A DNA stretch of 64,000 bases, taken from NCBI GenBank assembly GCA_000004985.1, contig GG738857.1; one strand, 5' to 3'. This DNA is from Naegleria gruberi (taxonomy: Eukaryota). Under the pieces are notes generated by a model. It was not told the origin of the DNA. It ran no database searches and saw only the letters and a program-made list of their open reading frames with translations. Positions 62,750 through 64,000 of the stretch are shown here, piece after piece. The position numbers and the translations under genes are program-made. How positions within the stretch are numbered: the stretch's first letter is position 1; every line of letters starts with the position of its first letter.

Positions 62750-64000
62750 CATGTTGGTAAAGTTTCAATAGGTGGTCCTTTTTCAAGAGATTTCATCCTT
62801 TTGTCATAGTTGACCATGATGGTTGAGGGAAGAAATCTTTAAATATGAAAGTGAAAATAAATTTGATATTCGATGTTTACTCATCAAATGGAACATTTTC
62901 ATATTAGGATTCAATATGTTTTGATGAGAAACTCAAAAGTTATAGGTGACCTCTTTTACCTCACATCTTCCCTTTTCACTCGATACTTTTATATCTACAG
63001 ACTTGTAATATTGAAATTTTATATCAAACTGATTATGAATGTTGTTAATGACGATATAAATTATATAATCTCATTAAAGGATTTTGAAATTCTCATTCTT
63101 CCTATAGTTTCATTTTAGAAATTTTAATCTGACACTATTTACAAAGTTAATATTTTATAAATTGAAAAACTAAATATACCACGTTGTTCTACTCATACTT
63201 TCCAATCGAATGATATAAAATTTAATGATATATGAAGAAGTTTATAATTTTGGGCTAGGGTTTGAAGGTTGGGTTTGGAAACGTGTTGTTTTGATTTGTT
63301 TCTTCTGTGGCTCCATGGTCTTTATGATCTGATATAGGGTTATTAAGCGCCGTTTGGGTATTTTGTTGGTTTTTTTAGTAAAGTTTTAAAAAAAGTATAT
63401 AGTTCTTATCTAGTTATCGAGTTGTGGTGTAAATGTCTTGTTTTCAAGCTATTCGAAAGTAGTAACGATTTCGATATTCCGTTAGTTTGCGTCACTTTGC
63501 GGACGGACTTATATTCAATCAATTTGGTTGTCATTCATATTGATGCGTAGAATTTTTGAGAGTATTTTTGAATGTACGTTATTTTTATCTACGCATGAAT
63601 GAAAAGTACAACAATGATCAAGAGGAATTGAGTCATGAGTATGATACTTTCTCAGATTGTTCTACGCATCAAGAGTATTCGATTCAGGATTCTATTCATA
63701 TATGATATTTGTTATACATATATTGAATTGAATGAGCTGGAGTGCCATCTTGTTGTTAAAAGTTGAGTCGACATTAAGGTATTCAGTAAATTGATACCAC
63801 ATGACTAATTAGAGTGATTATACGTCATTATATCAATTTATTTGAAAACAGACTTGCTTTTGGACCTTTCAGATTTCTAGCCACATATGACAGATCACCA
63901 AGTACTATCTACTGGATGCATTTCTTGAAATAAAAGTATATAATTTGAATAAAGTCCACTTTATTTGAGATGTACTACATGATAATAAAGTTTATTTTGA

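Larger units (their letters stand above)
61517..63265 (+). repeat. Tandem satellite-like array. About 1-kb units each consist of about 520 bp of complex sequence plus a (TTTGGG)n array. There are two full units (61740..62750 and 62750..63265+) and a diverged partial unit at 61517..61700. The array is interrupted by N-gaps
   Basis: The units share about 90 percent identity by eye (ggtaaagtttcaataggtggtcctttttcaag...ggttgagggaagaaatctttaaatatgaaagt.aaaataaatttgatattcgatgtttactcatcaaatggaacattttcat...aattgaaaaactaaatata...caatcgaatgatataa...tttgggctagggtttga). Confidence 0.75.

Noticed and set aside
62225-62817. Five ORFs of 149-175 aa translating the hexamer array as poly-GL, poly-PK, poly-TQ, poly-NP or poly-WV
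   Set aside because: Pure translation of (TTTGGG)n/(CCCAAA)n on both strands, several running through an N-gap. Not coding.
1-64000. Prokaryotic feature classes (CRISPR arrays, operons, phage or integron elements, rRNA or tRNA genes)
   Set aside because: The sequence is clearly eukaryotic (spliceosomal introns, signal peptides with EGF and RCC1 repeats, F-box, SNF2 and PTP proteins). No CRISPR-like spacer-repeat periodicity was seen. No tRNA-like or rRNA-like segments were recognised by eye, and a tRNAscan or Infernal run would be needed to exclude small RNAs in the 54-64 kb region.

Overview
This window is eukaryotic nuclear DNA from an assembled scaffold, not a prokaryotic locus. It contains five N-runs (7618-8226, 19777-19826, 57066-57114, 61285-61516, 62700-62749), is AT-rich, and carries short spliceosomal introns of about 41-223 nt with GTAAGT, GTATGT or GTTTGT donors. 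Many encoded proteins have N/S/Q-rich low-complexity segments. No prokaryotic signatures (CRISPR, operons) are present.

Positions ~1-54000 are gene-dense, with about 27 protein-coding genes on both strands and intergenic spacers of 60-900 bp. Recognisable products are:
- a TLC-domain membrane protein and an NDR/LATS-family Ser/Thr kinase
- a large alpha-helical repeat protein interrupted by a 609-N gap
- a DUF4116-repeat protein kinase and an ankyrin-BTB protein
- a secreted, probably GPI-anchored, type-3 solute-binding-protein-like protein
- a cellular RNA-dependent RNA polymerase fused to a C-terminal protein-kinase-like domain
- two F-box proteins
- a secreted RCC1-propeller protein with tenascin-type EGF repeats
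- glucose-6-phosphate 1-epimerase and a classical protein tyrosine phosphatase
- a five-exon ALC1/CHD1L-like gene (SNF2 ATPase, TARG1-like macro domain, BRCT-like tail) with a 12-nt micro-exon encoding the GLGK Walker-A residues
- an expansin-like protein and a nitroreductase-superfamily protein
- two tandem paralogous receptor-type proteins with a degenerate class III cyclase homology domain
- a secreted EGF-repeat protein with an internal 1-bp frameshift

The last ~10 kb (54-64 kb) has no convincing genes. It consists of nested dispersed repeats, including one candidate about 1.09-kb insertion flanked by a 5-bp direct repeat. It also contains a tandem satellite of roughly 1 kb per unit carrying a (TTTGGG)n telomere-like hexamer array of at least 410 bp.

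The organism cannot be named from sequence alone. All functional calls rest on motif recognition by eye, with no database searches.
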